DNA of 64,000 nt from an uncultured delta proteobacterium (GTDB lineage: Bacteria; Desulfobacterota; Binatia; UBA9968): contig CAVWLW010000051.1 in NCBI GenBank assembly GCA_963755715.1, positions 56,240 to 120,239 on the forward strand, written 5' to 3'. The notes under the pieces were generated by a model. That model was not told where the DNA came from. It ran no database searches and worked only from the letters and a program-made list of their open reading frames with translations. The translations under genes and the position numbers were made by a program. This document shows, piece after piece, positions 8,720-21,460 of the stretch (its first letter is position 1; each line of letters begins with the position of its first letter).

Positions 8720-10015
8720 TCACTGCGCCGGCGGAATCTTCCCCTGCGACACGTCCATGATCATGCGCGTGAGTAAATAGAGGCGCGGCTCGATGGAATC
8801 GAGCAGCACATATTCCGCTTCGGCGGAGTGGGCGCCGTAACCCTGCAGGCCGAAGCGCTCGATAACCGGCGCCTTGGTATTGAGCGCGGCGAAAGCCGCA
8901 TCGGTGCCGCCGCCTTCCGCGACGTCATCGACGACGAGCGTCTTGCCAAGCTCGGCGTAAATCTCCTGCGCGTGCTTGGCGAGCGCGCGCGACGCGGCGG
9001 TGGCCTCGAGCGGCGGCCGGCGGCGCTCAAAATTCATCTCGACTTTGGCCTCGGGCAACAGCTGCTTCTTGATCGCGTCACGCACTCTTTTTTCGATGGC
9101 GTCGTAGTCGGCCACGCGCAGAACGCGCACGTCGGCGACGGCCTGAGCGCCGGGCGGGATCATGTTGCGCGTGGTGCCCGCGTTCGCCAGCGTCCAGTTC
9201 ATTTTCAGTCCCACTGCTGGATCCGAGAAATCGCGGGTTTGAAGCACCTGATGGGCGAGCTCGTAGAGCGCGTTGATACCTTTCTCCGGCGCGTTGCCGG
9301 AGTGCGACGCGCGTCCCGTCACCTTCAGCGTAACGGAGGCGATGCCGCTGGTCGCCAACGATAACTTGTCCGACTCCGCGCGCGAGGATTCGACGGAGAA
9401 AGTTGCGTCGTGCTCGGCGCCGAGCTTGGAAATTATGCTGCGCGAGCCCGGCGAGCTGAGCTCCTCGTCGGCGTTGATGAGCACGGTGAGGGTGCCGTAT
9501 TGCTGGAAGTTCGTCGCTTTGAGAATGGCCAGCGTGTGCAAAATCACCGCGATTCCCTGTTTGTCGTCGGCGATGCCCAGGCCGTAGGCCCGATCGCCGT
9601 CGATGCGGAAAGGTTGCTTGGCGAGCATGCCGCGCGGGTAAACCGTGTCCATGTGCGCGATCAGCAGGATTTTCTTTGTTCCCTTGCCGGTGAACGTCGC
9701 GCGCACCATCTTGCCGATTTGCTCGGGCGTATCTTCCATCTTGTAGACATCGCTCGGCGCCACTAATTCAACTTTGCCGCCGAGATCCTTCAATCGTCCG
9801 GCGATAAGATCGGCGAGTTTGCCGAGGCCTTCGAAATCACGACTGCCGGTCTCGATCGAAACCAAGGCCTTCAAGCTTTCGAGCAACGCGGGTTTTTCTT
9901 TTTTCGCCAAGGAAAAAATCGGCTCGTTCGGCTGAGCGTATGCGTGCAGCGAAGTGCCTGCGACCATCAGAGTCAGAGCGACTCTGAGATAATCCAACCG
10001 CATCGATGATTTCAT
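8720..10015 (-). CDS. Glutamate carboxypeptidase (carboxypeptidase G2, M20 family)
   Basis: AHMDTVY, GIADDKQG, DEE, GGGTDAAF, GAHSAEAEY; signal peptide. Confidence 0.9.
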   Translation of the reverse strand: MKSSMRLDYLRVALTLMVAGTSLHAYAQPNEPIFSLAKKEKPALLESLKALVSIETGSRDFEGLGKLADLIAGRLKDLGGKVELVAPSDVYKMEDTPEQIGKMVRATFTGKGTKKILLIAHMDTVYPRGMLAKQPFRIDGDRAYGLGIADDKQGIAVILHTLAILKATNFQQYGTLTVLINADEELSSPGSRSIISKLGAEHDATFSVESSRAESDKLSLATSGIASVTLKVTGRASHSGNAPEKGINALYELAHQVLQTRDFSDPAVGLKMNWTLANAGTTRNMIPPGAQAVADVRVLRVADYDAIEKRVRDAIKKQLLPEAKVEMNFERRRPPLEATAASRALAKHAQEIYAELGKTLVVDDVAEGGGTDAAFAALNTKAPVIERFGLQGYGAHSAEAEYVLLDSIEPRLYLLTRMIMDVSQGKIPPAQ

Positions 10016-10230
10016 GGGACGCTCCCTCCCGAAGGTTAGGGCGTGAGCACAGCGGCTCGATGAGGCGACGAAGAAGCCCTGACCGACAATCGTCAGCTCG
10101 GAGAGATTAGATATTCGATCTGGATGGGGCCGTCAACCAAAATCGGTCGGCCGTAGCTAAAAGGGATTATCGTTGATGCAGTTGTAGCAAAGGGATGTCG
10201 ATTAGTTCGGAAAACTTGTGATGTGATCCA

Positions 10231-11017
10231 CTAGATCCCGGCGTACCATTCGTAGCCCTGATCCTCCCAGTAGCCGCCTTTGCCTCGGCCGATTTTATCT
10301 AAGCTCGCGACGAACTCGAGGGCCCGGATGTATTTCGCGTGTTTGTAGCCGAGCTGGGTTTCGACGCGCAGGCGCAGCGGCGCGCCGTTGTCGACAGGCA
10401 GCGGCTGATCGTTCAGCTCGTAGGCGAGGATGGTTTGCGGATGAACAGCGTCGATCAAATCAATGCTTTCAAAATAGTTAGTGCCGTCGCTATCCGTATC
10501 CATGCAGCGAAATACGACATATTTCGCCGTCGGCCGCCGGCTGTACTTTATTCATAATCTCTTCCAGCCGCACGCCTTTCCATTTGCCGATCACGCTCCA
10601 GCCTTCGACGCAATCATGGCGCGTAATCTGCGTACGCGAAGGCATGCTTTTGAGCTCAGTGAGGGAGAAGCTTGCTGGTTGCGTGACGAGGCCCGAGACG
10701 TCAAGGCGCCACTTTGTCCACTGGTTTTTTGCGTCGGCCGCGTAGTCCATGGTGATCGGTGGCGGGTTGCCGTTGCTGCGAAATTTTGGCGATATATCTT
10801 TGGCGCTGAATTCCTGGGCGAGCTTGTTGCGGCCGGCGAGCAAACGCTGTGCGCGCCGGTTGCCGTGCTCGGCCAATTCGAGCAGTGACTGAAACTTGTC
10901 ATTCCGGCTGAGTGCGTCGAAGATTTTGTCGCAGCCGCTCAGCAGAAAAAAGCCTGCGCCTTGTAACGTTCCGAGGAGCAAGTTGCGCCGAGAGAAACTA
11001 GGATTTAACTTCGTCAT
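10231..11017 (-). CDS. Molybdopterin-dependent oxidoreductase (sulfite oxidase/MsrP-like), frameshift near 10520
   Basis: SRRNLL Tat motif, QITRHDCVEGWS, NGAPLRLRVETQLGYKHAKYI, GGYWEDQGYEWYAGI across two ORFs. Confidence 0.85.
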
Positions 11018-12039
11018 TTTTCTCTGTCTCCTCCTCCCGCACTGATGAATTCGCAGCCGATTTATTTTCGGCCTGCGCCGGCTTTGCCGTCGTATCGGCG
11101 CGCAATGTTGTCTGACTTGGAGCCTGGACTTCAGGCTGGACGTTATCGGCTTCGGCTTTCAGAGCCTCGGCGTCAACCGGTTCAAGTGCCGGAGCGCTCT
11201 CGGTGGCTTGGATCGCATGCGGCAGTTTTTCTCTGTACCAACCGGTCGTCATGGAGCGCATGTTGTTGAAAACGCCTTGAGTCAAAACCATGAACACGTG
11301 CCCGAATGTGAAGGAGAGAAAGCCAAACGCAAGAATAAAATGAACCGCGCGCGCCGATTGGCGGCCGCCGAAGGCCGCCGGCAGCCAGTTGAAAGCGACG
11401 TTCAACTGCGGTGACATCGCCATGCCGCTCAATAAAACCAGCGGCGTCAAAATCACGAAGACGCTGGTGTACGCCATTTTTTGCAGCGGATTATATTCGC
11501 CTTCCTGCGGCGAATGTTTTTCTCAGGTGCAAGTAGTAAGCGACCATTGCCGGAACTTTCTTGGCGTCGCTGAACGTAAAAAAGAATTTGCGCATGTGGC
11601 CGACGGCAAGGTTGTAAAAAACATAGAGCAGGCCGTTGAGCGCGAACAGCCAACCGAAAAAGAAATGCCAGCGCCGCGCGCCGGCCAGGGAATAATAAGC
11701 TGGAATGGTCAGCCAGCTCGGAAAGGCGCGCGCCGATGGCCCGAAGGTTCCCTGTTGGACGCCGAGAAAACCGGTCGTGTCGATTTGCCGTCCATAAAGA
11801 TCGACATAACCGCGGACGTCGCCGTCCTCGTTGGTTGCGGCGATGGAAAAGAACGCCTTTTCCGGTTCCGAGGTGCTGCCCCAGTACAGATGCGGGTGAG
11901 CGTTGAAGATTTGCAACCCGCTCATAAACAGAATCATCAACGCGAGCGCGTTGCCCCAGTGAGTCACACGGGTGACGCGGTTGTGACGGTAGCGCAATTC
12001 CGAAGATTCGTGTGCAGCTTCCACGGGATCCTCTCTCAT
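10998..12039 (-). CDS. Cytochrome b/b6-domain membrane partner, frameshift near 11500
   Basis: RVTHWGNA, SGLQIFNAHP, ARRWHFFFGW, RQSARAVHF, FGHVFMV across two ORFs; overlaps the Mo-enzyme start. Confidence 0.85.
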
Positions 12040-12116
12040 CTTATGGATCCGCCTTGGCGGGATAGATGTATTACATCATTTAGATGCGGGCTCGGCAAGA
12101 AAGTTGCGCATGGTGC

Positions 12117-13457
12117 TCACGCGACGCCTTTGCCGAGCTCTGTCGTGCATGGGCACTGATCGGGAAATCTCTCGCACTCGAGGTTCTCGGGTCGTAGAGG
12201 TTCGCTTGGGGCATTTTCGCGCTTTACCTGGATGCTGAGTCCATGCGTGATGAATAGCCAAATTACGACGGTGGCGAGCAGCGTCCAGGACATCCATCGC
12301 GTATCCAGCGGCATCTTTATAATGCCCTCGGGAACGGCTTGTTTGAGCCAGAGCAGGATAACGATCGCGCCGATCGCTTCGGCGACGCGCGCGGCGACGC
12401 CATCGACGACGATCTTGACCGAAGAGCGGTCGGTCGAGTCGACGGGAATAAAGGCCTGCTCCCAAATCGACCGATGGACGGAGGAACGCAAACCGCCTTC
12501 GGTGACGCGCAGCACCGAGCGACTGAAAGCCGTCGCCGCCGCTGTTGCGAAAGTCGCGCCGCCGATGAGCGCAAACGGCAGCACCATCAAGCCGCCGCGT
12601 AAGCCGATCTTATCTTGAATCTTCGGCGTCGCGAAAAGCTGCAGCAAGAGCGAGCTAAAATTCAACAGAATGTAAAAGTTGGCGAAGAAATTGGCATTAC
12701 CCTTCGAACCCATGCTTGCGCTCGCGGCCGCCGCGTAGAACTGAAAATCGATGAGCAAGCCGGACAGCGCACCGGTCATGGAGATCAATAACAAAGTTAA
12801 CGCATAATTATTTTTCAGAGGAGCGAAGAAACCGGTTTTCTTTTTGCCGTCGCCTATTTTGGCGACGACGTTGCTCGGAAAGCGGCTGTGGATGTGCTGC
12901 ACCAAAGCGACGACGCCGAATAAAACGACGGCCGCCAACAGGATCAGCCATTTGGCGTCAAGATACGGCGCCAGTCCTTTCGAAATCAAGCCGCCGGTCA
13001 TGCCGCCGGCGAGAGTGGCGGCGCCGATCTTGCTGAATGCGCGCGCGGCTTCGCGCTTTTCGGTTCTCTCGAAAATATCTGATGCCAATAACCACAAGCT
13101 GGCAAAGAGCAGGCCGAAAATCGCCGGAATGAACATGAACATCGCGAGCAGCAGTTTGTTGTCGCCCGGCTCCAGGAAAGGCGCGGTCAGCGCCATTACA
13201 GCCGCGGCGAACGTCAGCACGCCGAGCCGCGCCGGCCGCGCGCCCCAGATTTTCATCGCCTTGACGAAGATGATAGCCAACGGCAGCGAGGCGGCGCCGA
13301 TATTGATGTAGATGAGCGGCAGTTGCAGCAAGCCGCCGCTGCCTTGAAAAAACAGCGCGTCGCGGCCGGTCTTGGCGATTATGAATGCGAGGGTCGTGAG
13401 TCCCAGCGCAAACGACGGAAGCAGTGTTTGACAAGAATTGCGATCGGGGCCGGTCAT
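12117..13457 (-). CDS. NTT/TLC (ATP/ADP translocase)-like MFS transporter
   Basis: KTGRDALF, FASLWLLASDIF...EAARAF, LRSSVHRSIWEQAFIPV...KIVVDG; about 12 TM segments. Confidence 0.7.
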   Translation of the reverse strand: MTGPDRNSCQTLLPSFALGLTTLAFIIAKTGRDALFFQGSGGLLQLPLIYINIGAASLPLAIIFVKAMKIWGARPARLGVLTFAAAVMALTAPFLEPGDNKLLLAMFMFIPAIFGLLFASLWLLASDIFERTEKREAARAFSKIGAATLAGGMTGGLISKGLAPYLDAKWLILLAAVVLFGVVALVQHIHSRFPSNVVAKIGDGKKKTGFFAPLKNNYALTLLLISMTGALSGLLIDFQFYAAAASASMGSKGNANFFANFYILLNFSSLLLQLFATPKIQDKIGLRGGLMVLPFALIGGATFATAAATAFSRSVLRVTEGGLRSSVHRSIWEQAFIPVDSTDRSSVKIVVDGVAARVAEAIGAIVILLWLKQAVPEGIIKMPLDTRWMSWTLLATVVIWLFITHGLSIQVKRENAPSEPLRPENLECERFPDQCPCTTELGKGVA

Positions 13458-13469
13458 TGCTTAGTCAGT

Positions 13470-13570
13470 TGACCGTCGCCAGTTGTCAGTTAAGAGTCGG
13501 CCGTCGAATGAAGCGAATGAGCAGACTAGCGTTTTCCTCACAGCTAAAACTGGCAACTGACGGCGGTTCA
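13470..13570. repeat. Intergenic palindromic element with CAGTTG(T/C)-type short-repeat arms
   Basis: TGACCGTCGCCAGTTGTCAGTT ... AACTGGCAACTGACGGCGGTTCA; related copy near 44299-44385. Confidence 0.6.
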
Positions 13571-16246
13571 CTCCCCATACTGCTGTATCAACTTGGCAAT
13601 GAGTGCGGTCCACCCGGTCTGGTGGCTAGCGCCGATGCCGGCGCCGTTGTCGCCGTGGAAGTATTCATGGAACGGGATCAGATCGCGCCAATGGGGATCT
13701 TCTTGGAATTTTTCCGTGCCGCCGAAGACCGGCCGGCGGCCCTGCTCGTCGCGTAGAAATATCCGCGTGAGGCGCTGGGAAATTTGGCCGGCGATGTCCC
13801 AAAGGTTCTCTGACTTGCCGGAACCCGTGGGACACTCGACCTTGTAATTGTCGCCGAGAAAGAAATGAAACTTTTGCAGCGACTCGATCAGCAGATAATT
13901 GACCGGAAACCAGATCGGACCGCGCCAATTCGAGTTGCCGCCGAAAAGTCCGGTGCTCGACTCGGCGGGCTCGTAGTCGACCCGATATTCCATGCCGTTC
14001 ACGGGTAACGTATAGGGGTGCTCGCGGTGATAGTCCGAGAGTGCGCGGATACCGTAGGGCGAAAAGAATTCGTTTTCGTCGAGCATATAACGCAATACTT
14101 GTTTTAACCGGTGGCGGTTGACCAGCGAGAGAAAGCGGCGAACGCCATCGTCGGTGGATTGGGCTTCAATGTGATCGCTAAGCTCGGGGCGGTTCTCAAT
14201 AAACCACTGCAGACGGCGCTTGAAGCCGGGCAGCTTATCGACCTGCTCGGGATCGAGGGTTTCCACGGCGAAGAGCGGAATGAGTCCGACCATTGAGCGT
14301 ACTTTTAGGGGGGTGCGCTGGCCATTCGGCATGCTGAGAACGTCGTAATAAAAGCCGTCCTTGGCATTCCAGAGTTCGATGTTCTCGCCACCGAGATTGT
14401 TCATCGCTCCGCAGATATAGACAAAGTGCTCGAAGAACTTGCTAGCGACATCTTCGTAAGCGGGATTGTCTTTCGCCAGCTCCAGCGCGATGGCCAGCAT
14501 GTTCAGGCAGTACATCCCCATCCAGCTGGTGCCGTCGGATTGTTCGATATGGCCGCCCGTGGGAAGCGGCGCGCTGCGGTCGAAGACGCCGATGTTATCG
14601 AGACCGAGAAATCCACCCTGGAAAACGTTGCGTCCGTCGGCGTCCTTGCGATTCACCCACCAGGTAAAATTAAGCAGCAGCTTTTGGAAAATCCGTTCGA
14701 GAAAGTTGCGATCGCCTTCGCCGCGCCGTTTCATCTCGACTTTGTAAACGCGCCAGGCGGCCCAGGCGTGCACCGGAGGATTGACGTCGCCCAAGGCCCA
14801 CTCGTAGGCCGGCAATTGCCCGTTGGGGTGCATGTACCACTCCCGTGTCATGAGCAAGAGTTGTTCCTTGGCGAAATCTGAATCGACGATCGCTAACGCG
14901 ATGCAATGAAAGGCGAGATCCCAAGCGGCGTACCAGGGATACTCCCATTTGTCCGGCATGGAAATGACGTCCGCGTTATACAGATGGCGCCATTCATGAT
15001 TGCGACCGTTGAGCCGTTCGCGCGGCGGCTCGGGTCCCGCCGGATCGCCTTTCAGCCAGCGGTTGAGATCGTAGTGGTAAAACTGCTTGCTCCACAGGAC
15101 TCCGGCCAATGCTTGGCGCATGACGTTCTGGCGATCCGGTGTGATGCCGTCGGGAACAACCGTCCGATAAAACTCCTCCGCTTCGGCGCGCTGCTGTGCA
15201 ATTTGAGTATCAAACGTGCCGTTAAGTCTCTCGGCGCTCGCCGGCGCGGTGGGCGAGAGCCGCAGCCGCACGATCATGGTTTCGCCGGATGCCACGGTGG
15301 AAACGTAGTGCGCCGCCGCTTTGGTGCCGTAGTCATTCGGGTTGACGGCGGTCTTGACACCGTGCACGACGAAATCGTTTATCCCGTCTTTGACGTAAGG
15401 CGAGGGATTCTCATAATCGAAGATACGCTGGTTATTCGTGTCGTTCTCGGTAAATACGAGAGCCGGGCTGCCTTCGCAGTAGAGCCAGCGAGAGCCGTAG
15501 TAATAGTGATCGAGCTTGATTGCGGCGGCCTCGGCCGACGCATCTCGACGAAGCTTTGGTCTACGCTCGTCGAGTCCCCACGACCATGTGTTGCGAAACC
15601 ACACCGTTGGCAGGAGGTGCAATGGAGCGGGTTCGGGACCGCGGTTGGTGGCTTCGATCCGGATCAGGATATCGTCCGGCCCTGCTTTGGCGTACTCGAT
15701 CGTTACGTCAAAGTAGCGGTTGTCGTCGAAGACGCCGGTGTCAATCAATTCGAACTCAAGCTCGCGCTTGCCGCGCCGGCGATTCTCCTCGACCAGCCGG
15801 GCGTAGGGGAATTCCCGCTGCGGGTACTTGTAAAGAAACTTCATGTAGGAATGCGTCGGCGTCGAGTCGAGATAGTAGTAATATTCCTTGACGTCTTCGC
15901 CGTGATTGCCTTCGTTGCCGGTGAGGCCGAACAGCCGTTCTTTAAGGATCGGGTCTTTGCCGTTCCATAGCGCCAGCGCGAAACAAATAAACTGGTGGCG
16001 ATCGCAGATGCCGCCAAGGCCGTCCTCGCCCCAGCGGTAGGCGCGGCTGCGCGCGTGGTCGTGGGGGAAATATTCCCAGGCCGTGCCGTAGGCGCTGTAG
16101 TCTTCCCGTACCGTGCCCCACTGGCGCTCGGAAAGGTAAGGCCCCCAGCGTTTCCAGTTGGCTTTGCGGCTGTGATCTTCCTGCAGTCTTCGCTCTTCGG
16201 CGGTCATCGTTCCTTTTACCAGGTTTCTTTTCTTTTTATCGACCAT
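13568..16246 (-). CDS. GH63-like glucosidase (MGH1-like)
   Basis: [69 protein letters not shown]. Confidence 0.92.
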   Translation of the reverse strand: MVDKKKRNLVKGTMTAEERRLQEDHSRKANWKRWGPYLSERQWGTVREDYSAYGTAWEYFPHDHARSRAYRWGEDGLGGICDRHQFICFALALWNGKDPILKERLFGLTGNEGNHGEDVKEYYYYLDSTPTHSYMKFLYKYPQREFPYARLVEENRRRGKRELEFELIDTGVFDDNRYFDVTIEYAKAGPDDILIRIEATNRGPEPAPLHLLPTVWFRNTWSWGLDERRPKLRRDASAEAAAIKLDHYYYGSRWLYCEGSPALVFTENDTNNQRIFDYENPSPYVKDGINDFVVHGVKTAVNPNDYGTKAAAHYVSTVASGETMIVRLRLSPTAPASAERLNGTFDTQIAQQRAEAEEFYRTVVPDGITPDRQNVMRQALAGVLWSKQFYHYDLNRWLKGDPAGPEPPRERLNGRNHEWRHLYNADVISMPDKWEYPWYAAWDLAFHCIALAIVDSDFAKEQLLLMTREWYMHPNGQLPAYEWALGDVNPPVHAWAAWRVYKVEMKRRGEGDRNFLERIFQKLLLNFTWWVNRKDADGRNVFQGGFLGLDNIGVFDRSAPLPTGGHIEQSDGTSWMGMYCLNMLAIALELAKDNPAYEDVASKFFEHFVYICGAMNNLGGENIELWNAKDGFYYDVLSMPNGQRTPLKVRSMVGLIPLFAVETLDPEQVDKLPGFKRRLQWFIENRPELSDHIEAQSTDDGVRRFLSLVNRHRLKQVLRYMLDENEFFSPYGIRALSDYHREHPYTLPVNGMEYRVDYEPAESSTGLFGGNSNWRGPIWFPVNYLLIESLQKFHFFLGDNYKVECPTGSGKSENLWDIAGQISQRLTRIFLRDEQGRRPVFGGTEKFQEDPHWRDLIPFHEYFHGDNGAGIGASHQTGWTALIAKLIQQYGE

Positions 16247-16446
16247 TATAGCACAGCCTGCACTGGGAACCTGCCGCTTCCTGTTTCCACCGATGCGTCA
16301 AACCCGTTGACGAGCACCAGTTGACCGGATGGCGGCTTTGTCGCCGTGAGAAGTAGCGCGTGATATCGTCTCGTGCGGATGCCGGAGACGGTTCCTGAAA
16401 CGAAGCCGCCGAGGCCGTCGGCTTCGAGCCACTCTTGATGGTTCAT
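16246..16446 (-). pseudogene. N-terminal remnant of a glycogen debranching enzyme (amylo-alpha-1,6-glucosidase)
   Basis: EWLEADGLGGFVSGTVSGIRTRRYHALL; only about 66 aa remain. Confidence 0.8.
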
Positions 16447-16490
16447 CTTTTTCAAGATCGTGCAGGACACTTTCAAACATCCGCTAAAAG

Positions 16491-17498
16491 TTACTTCTCG
16501 ATAAATTGTAGATCGTGACCGTCGGGATCACGAGCTAAAAAACCTTTTGTGAAGGCGAAATTCTTGTCGGAAATCTGCGCCACGCCGGCAGAAATCACTC
16601 GTGCTACGCCACGACCGAGCTTTTGTGTAGTCTGTGTCGTGTTAGCCGTTAACAGTGTTGTCTGCCAGTGCCACAAGTCATTGGCGCGGGTATCCTTCGG
16701 CGCGGGGCGGCCATCACGCGGGGTTAGATATTCGAGAAATTCAATTCCTGGCCCCGTCGCTGCCCTCAGGCCGCTGATGCGCAGGCGCGCGCCGGCGACG
16801 TTGTTCAAATGCTCCTGTTCGGTGCCGCTATTCATGCTCTCGCCCACGAGTTTTAGCCCGAGTAAATCGCGGTAGAATTTTAAACTTGTCTGCGTACTCG
16901 ATACCACGATCGCGGTATGGTCGATGCCTAAGAATAATTTGTCGTCCTTCCGCTGCCAGCGTGGATCGCCCTTGCCGGGAGGAAAATAGATGATTTCGAA
17001 ATTATGGCCGTCGGTATCTTTGAAGTAGAAAGCGCGGATGCCAGCGGCAGCTTTGTTGCTTGCGGGGATTGTCTGGGGGCCGGTGGAGGCATGGCGGACC
17101 TTGTGAGCGCGCAACTGCTGGTAGGCCTTGTCCATGTCGCTGACGACGATCGCGATGTGCTGAAACGCGTGATCGTTACTGCGCCAGTCCGCCGGGATCG
17201 GCCGTCCTTCCGGCGCGAGATATTGCGTCAGCTCGACCGTCTCATTGCCGAGCTTCATGCGCGCGACACGCATACGCAAGCCGAAGAGACCCTGCAGCTT
17301 CTCGTATTCCTCGCCGTGCACTTCGACGTCGCTGATTTTCTCAAAGCTCAGAACCTTGGAAAAAAATTCCACGGATCGGTCTATGTCCGAAACCGTCATG
17401 CCGACCGCTTCAACGGATTTCACGAGTTGCGCAAATGCGGCGTTGCCCAGGCTCGCAATCGCGCCCACGAGCACAAACACGGCAAGTCTTAACCTCAT
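16491..17498 (-). CDS. Secreted two-domain VOC/glyoxalase family protein
   Basis: Signal peptide; TVSDIDRSVEFF, HIAIVVSD, IDHTAIVVS, RDPDGH. Confidence 0.85.
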   Translation of the reverse strand: MRLRLAVFVLVGAIASLGNAAFAQLVKSVEAVGMTVSDIDRSVEFFSKVLSFEKISDVEVHGEEYEKLQGLFGLRMRVARMKLGNETVELTQYLAPEGRPIPADWRSNDHAFQHIAIVVSDMDKAYQQLRAHKVRHASTGPQTIPASNKAAAGIRAFYFKDTDGHNFEIIYFPPGKGDPRWQRKDDKLFLGIDHTAIVVSSTQTSLKFYRDLLGLKLVGESMNSGTEQEHLNNVAGARLRISGLRAATGPGIEFLEYLTPRDGRPAPKDTRANDLWHWQTTLLTANTTQTTQKLGRGVARVISAGVAQISDKNFAFTKGFLARDPDGHDLQFIEK

Positions 17499-17527
17499 CC
17501 TGTTGCCTCTCGTCTCATGCCTAGTTT

Positions 17528-19100
<1,573 letters not shown>

Positions 19101-19367
19101 GCGATTCTCTCCGCTTATCGCCGGGCCGGCTTTGACCCTTGTCAGTCGAGGTCTATAACTGCTTTCCGTCTTTGCAGTTTAGATGTCAATTGTCGTGCAA
19201 AGGATGCGCCGGGGGACGCATCTTTTGTCTAATGCGCGGGCCTATCGAGGGACTGCGGGTTTTGGTTTGGAAGATGATGTAGCTGGGATTTTTTTGCAGA
19301 TTGAATCCGCGCTTTCGTTGCCGCCTATGTAATATTTCACCACGAAATGCGCGACGGATTCGGATCC

Positions 19368-19441
19368 TTCACCGCCGAGACGCTGAGGACACGAAGAGTT
19401 TGGACAATAAACTTTTGCGAAGTCTATGCCTCTGCGGTGAA
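19368..19441. repeat. Degenerate CACCGCAGAG-type intergenic palindrome
   Basis: TTCACCGCCGAG(ACGCTGAGGACACGAAGAG)...CTCTGCGGTGAA inverted arms. Confidence 0.45.
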
Positions 19442-19480
19442 ATCTCCTTTTCCACCTTTGGTTGTGCCTGATGCTTCGAT

Positions 19481-20329
19481 TTAACTCTTCGCAGAAGCCA
19501 GCGGTGCGGTGGCGAAGTTGACGCCGAAGCGCTTGCACCACACGGTCACGGCGCGGTATTTCGAAAGGTCGACGCCGGCCGGCAAATCGTAATTCTGATC
19601 ACCAATGTTGCCCTTGATGCTGCCGAGGTCGATAAAGCCTGCTTGCTTCACCGTCGCATCGTCTTTCGCATCAGCAGCAGCCACCAGGTAAATGTGCACG
19701 TCGGGGCCGTTGGAAGTTTCGAACGCGCTGAAACGTAATACGTTTTTACCGTCCGGTAATTTGTAAACCGACGCCATACCTTTGGTCTCATGGGCCACGC
19801 CGCGGAAATTTCCCTCCGCAACCTTGACAGGGATCGAAACCGGCGCTGCCAAAGCCGCTTGGCCGAAGTTCACGCTGAAGCGCGCGCACCAGATGGTGAC
19901 GTTCTTGTATTTGTTCAGATCGGCGTCCACCGGGATGTCATAATTCTGATCGCCCTTATTACCCTTCATCGAACCCAGATCGACGAAGCCGGCTTCTTTG
20001 ATCGCGTCGCTGCCCTTTTCGACTTCGGCGGCGGTGAGATAAACGTGAACGTCAGGACCATTGGATGTTTCGAATTCGGTTAGCCTCAAAGTTCGCTTGC
20101 CATCGGCAAGCTGATAAATCGAAGCCAAACCTTTAGTTTCGTGCGCTAAGCCTTTAAAGTTGCCTTTCGTCACGGCCATTGGCTCCTTCTCGATCGAAGC
20201 CATCGCCGCCCCGCCGGGAAATTCCTCATTCACGGTCTTGTTGACGAACAACAACTCCGGCCGGAACGCGTACCAGCCAATCGCCAACACGACGATGCCC
20301 ACACTGATAATGATATTGCGCTTAGTCAT
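19481..20329 (-). CDS. Membrane-anchored protein with two tandem DM13 domains
   Basis: Two copies of GNFxGxAHETKG...FETSNGPDVHxYL...GDQNY...WCxRFxVNF. Confidence 0.9.
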   Translation of the reverse strand: MTKRNIIISVGIVVLAIGWYAFRPELLFVNKTVNEEFPGGAAMASIEKEPMAVTKGNFKGLAHETKGLASIYQLADGKRTLRLTEFETSNGPDVHVYLTAAEVEKGSDAIKEAGFVDLGSMKGNKGDQNYDIPVDADLNKYKNVTIWCARFSVNFGQAALAAPVSIPVKVAEGNFRGVAHETKGMASVYKLPDGKNVLRFSAFETSNGPDVHIYLVAAADAKDDATVKQAGFIDLGSIKGNIGDQNYDLPAGVDLSKYRAVTVWCKRFGVNFATAPLASAKS

Positions 20330-20887
20330 GGAAAAACTCCTCCGTAAAAATAATTCGATTGATACGACTGCTTCCCGTCATGACCGGTGTCCCGGCCTAA
20401 TTGATCGGAGAAACTTGCTGATTAGATGACACGGAGAGAGAAATAGATGCAGAGATGGATTGATCGCGATATGTGGACAACGCAGACTAATATCGTCTTC
20501 TGAACCGCTTAACTATCGCGTCCTTGCGTGGGTCGGGGACTCGCCGTAGAATCCCATTACGGAAAGTTTGTTTGGACTGTCACGCGATTCTCTCGAACCA
20601 CGCCACGCCGCATCCAACGTGTGACGGACCGTGGTGGTCGGTGCGGTCGGTCTTACCTCCTTTGTTTACGGAAAAAAACAGCAAAGATTTCTTCCCTTGT
20701 TCTGCGGAATTCGACTCATGGCCTTCCGTTATTTTATGTCGAATACAATTCTCCTCGTCGTTGTGGGATTAGCGCTGTCCGTAATTCCCTATTTTTTTAG
20801 GCTTTGAGGCAATTGTGTCAGAAATCTATGCCTGCGAATCATCTATACAGAGCCAAATTTCTATCGAGCTTAAGATGAAAGAGAAAC

Positions 20888-21349
20888 ATGCTGTCTAGCC
20901 ACGTCCGAATTGCTGTTTCACTTGTGTACATTATTTCATCTTCTGTCGCTGGCATTTTTGTCCCTGCAATTCTCGCGCAGTCGGCTGGACAGGCTACGGT
21001 AATTGTTAAGGTCACTGGGCTTCGTTCTGAGAAAGGACAGGTGAGAATCGCTGTATTCAATTCGTCCGAGAAATGGCTAGGCGAACAACCGGTATACTCA
21101 TCGACGATTAACGTGGACAGTCAATCAGTCACATGGAAAATCTATGATGTTCCCTATGGGGATTACGGCATTGCGGTTTTTCATGATGAAAACAAAAACG
21201 GCAAGATGGATAAGAACTTTGTGGGGATACCTCTCGAACCATATGGGTTTTCAAATAATGTGAGAGTAACTTTGGGGCCACCGACGTGGGAAAAGTCCAA
21301 GTTTGTCGTCAAAGGCTCAACTACCGAAGTTTCAATAGAGGTTAAATAG
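20888..21349 (+). CDS. DUF2141 family secreted protein
   Basis: YGIAVFHDENKNGKMD...GIPLEPYGFSNN. Confidence 0.88.
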   Translation: MLSSHVRIAVSLVYIISSSVAGIFVPAILAQSAGQATVIVKVTGLRSEKGQVRIAVFNSSEKWLGEQPVYSSTINVDSQSVTWKIYDVPYGDYGIAVFHDENKNGKMDKNFVGIPLEPYGFSNNVRVTLGPPTWEKSKFVVKGSTTEVSIEVK

Positions 21350-21460
21350 AAAGAGAGGCGGCGTCTGAATTATAGTCTCGACTTTCTGAGTTCGATGCCC
21401 CGTTCGTCGACGATCACCGCAATAGACCGGTCATAAGCGTCGTAAAAAGGAGCTCTCACA

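Noticed and set aside
10034-10084. Inverted repeat in the carboxypeptidase G2 leader as a folate riboswitch
   Set aside because: Only a 9-bp imperfect stem; no THF riboswitch consensus recognised
14906-15970. Long antisense ORFs (for example 354 aa opposite GH63)
   Set aside because: Expected shadow ORFs in GC-rich coding DNA; no recognisable motifs
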